Source of the DNA: an uncultured archaeon
GTDB lineage: Archaea; Asgardarchaeota; Lokiarchaeia; Sigyniarchaeales; SOKP01
Length of the DNA: 18,356 nucleotides
Assembly (NCBI GenBank): GCA_964447495.1
Contig: CAYUTF010000052.1
Span: 2,056 to 20,411 of the forward strand
Direction: 5' to 3'
Made by a program: the position numbers and the translations under genes. Shown here piece by piece: positions 17,457-18,356 of the stretch; within the stretch, counting starts at the first letter, position 1, and every line of letters starts with the position of its first letter. The notes beneath the pieces were generated by a model that made no database searches, had not been told where the DNA came from, and saw only the letters and a program-made list of their open reading frames with translations.

Positions 17457-17735
17457 TTAGGAAACCATAGGTGCTCTGACATTCTTTCGAGGTTTACTCT
17501 CATCATAATGCTTCTCTTTATATCTGGAATACAAACCTACAAAAATTAAAAAGATCGAAAAAATAAGAATAAATAACCAAAAAGTTAACCCTGTGAGCCA
17601 CCCTGCATAATTAGAAATACCATACATGATTGTAGAGAATGTTATACCCGTAAGGGCAAGAATGGAGCTAATTGCACCCCCTATCAAATCAACATAAATT
17701 GCTGCACGATCAGTGGTTATTTTATCTCGTGGCAT
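17457..17735 (-). CDS. Small hypothetical membrane protein (2 TM)
   Basis: 92-aa ORF, ATG start, two hydrophobic segments and a basic tail. Confidence 0.7.
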   Translation of the reverse strand: MPRDKITTDRAAIYVDLIGGAISSILALTGITFSTIMYGISNYAGWLTGLTFWLFILIFSIFLIFVGLYSRYKEKHYDESKPRKNVRAPMVS

Positions 17736-17901
17736 AATTCTAAATTTAGATATTTAAGTAATATAGTAATTAATTCGGTCAAAAAGTTTTCTTTTTCCTC
17801 TATTTAATAGATCATTTTTATACTAGTAGACTACAAAAAAATAAAGTTTAGTATTTGAAAAAACAAAATAAAAAAAAAAAAATTTTTGATTTTTCAAATG
17901 C

Positions 17902-18285
17902 TTAGTCAATTCCAAATCTTGTAGCAAGTTTTACGATAAGGAATATTATTATTGCTACTATTACAAAATTAATTGCTGCTGCAATGAAATTGCCTACTCC
18001 AAATGGACCAAGCTTGATATCCGCAATAGTGCTAAATCCGGGTATAAATAATCCAATGATAGGAGTTATTATATCTTGAGCTAACGAAAGGATTAATGCA
18101 TTTACCGCAAGACCAATAATAAAAGCAGCTGCAAGACCCAGAATTTTATATTGCTTTATGAATTCCAAAAATTCTTGAGCTATATTTTTTGGTTTCTCTT
18201 TTGGTTTTGGTGGTGCAGGAGTCAACAATTCACGAATTTTTTTTAATTCTGCTAACATATCATCTTCTTTTGTCATTTTAACCAC
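17902..18285 (-). CDS. mscL: Large-conductance mechanosensitive channel MscL family protein
   Basis: S1 helix EFLEFI, TM1 LGLAAAFIIGLA...SLAQDIITPIIG, TM2 GNFIAAAINFVIVAIIFLIVK-like segment. The start may be ATG 18276. An A-tract at 17860-17882 reads as a minus-strand T-tract terminator. Confidence 0.9.
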   Translation of the reverse strand: MVKMTKEDDMLAELKKIRELLTPAPPKPKEKPKNIAQEFLEFIKQYKILGLAAAFIIGLAVNALILSLAQDIITPIIGLFIPGFSTIADIKLGPFGVGNFIAAAINFVIVAIIIFLIVKLATRFGID

Positions 18286-18356
18286 ATTCTAGTTTTTTTT
18301 TAAATTAAAGATTAAGTATTTATCGATATTTCGATATATAACTTTTTTTTTTATAA

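Noticed and set aside
1-18356. tRNA, rRNA, CRISPR array, transposase or integrase
   Set aside because: No GC-rich structured RNA segment, regularly spaced repeats or recombinase motifs were seen on manual reading.

Overview
AT-rich prokaryotic chromosomal window, most likely from an Asgard archaeon of the Lokiarchaeota/Promethearchaeota type. That assignment is an inference from low GC, GGAGG/GAGGTGA ribosome-binding sites, T-tract terminators, a uDENN/longin-like ORF and a DUF35/SCP2-type thiolase module. Left to right: a minus-strand operon of transaldolase, beta-hydroxyacid dehydrogenase and a partial fucose-isomerase-family gene, which carries the signatures of the sulfoquinovose sulfofructose-transaldolase (sulfo-TAL/SFT) pathway; a hypothetical + amidohydrolase + NagB-like operon; an MBL hydrolase; an MFS transporter; an Xaa-Pro peptidase; an enolase-superfamily + HPS-like + GPH-transporter cluster; a longin-like ORF + GNAT; a KASIII/HMGS-like-DUF35 fusion followed by a thiolase; small membrane proteins; and MscL. 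Main observations: (1) The thiolase is interrupted inside its conserved DCCxxSDG motif by an in-frame, stop-containing 30-nt insert that folds with the flanking exons into a bulge-helix-bulge (BHB)-like structure, making it a candidate archaeal endonuclease-spliced mRNA intron. (2) A probable archaeal sulfoglycolysis operon. (3) A diverged 95-nt copy of the thiolase 3' end bracketing a 1.4-kb islet. (4) An MscL whose cytoplasmic bundle helix appears to sit at the N-terminus. No rRNA, tRNA, CRISPR array or transposase was seen.
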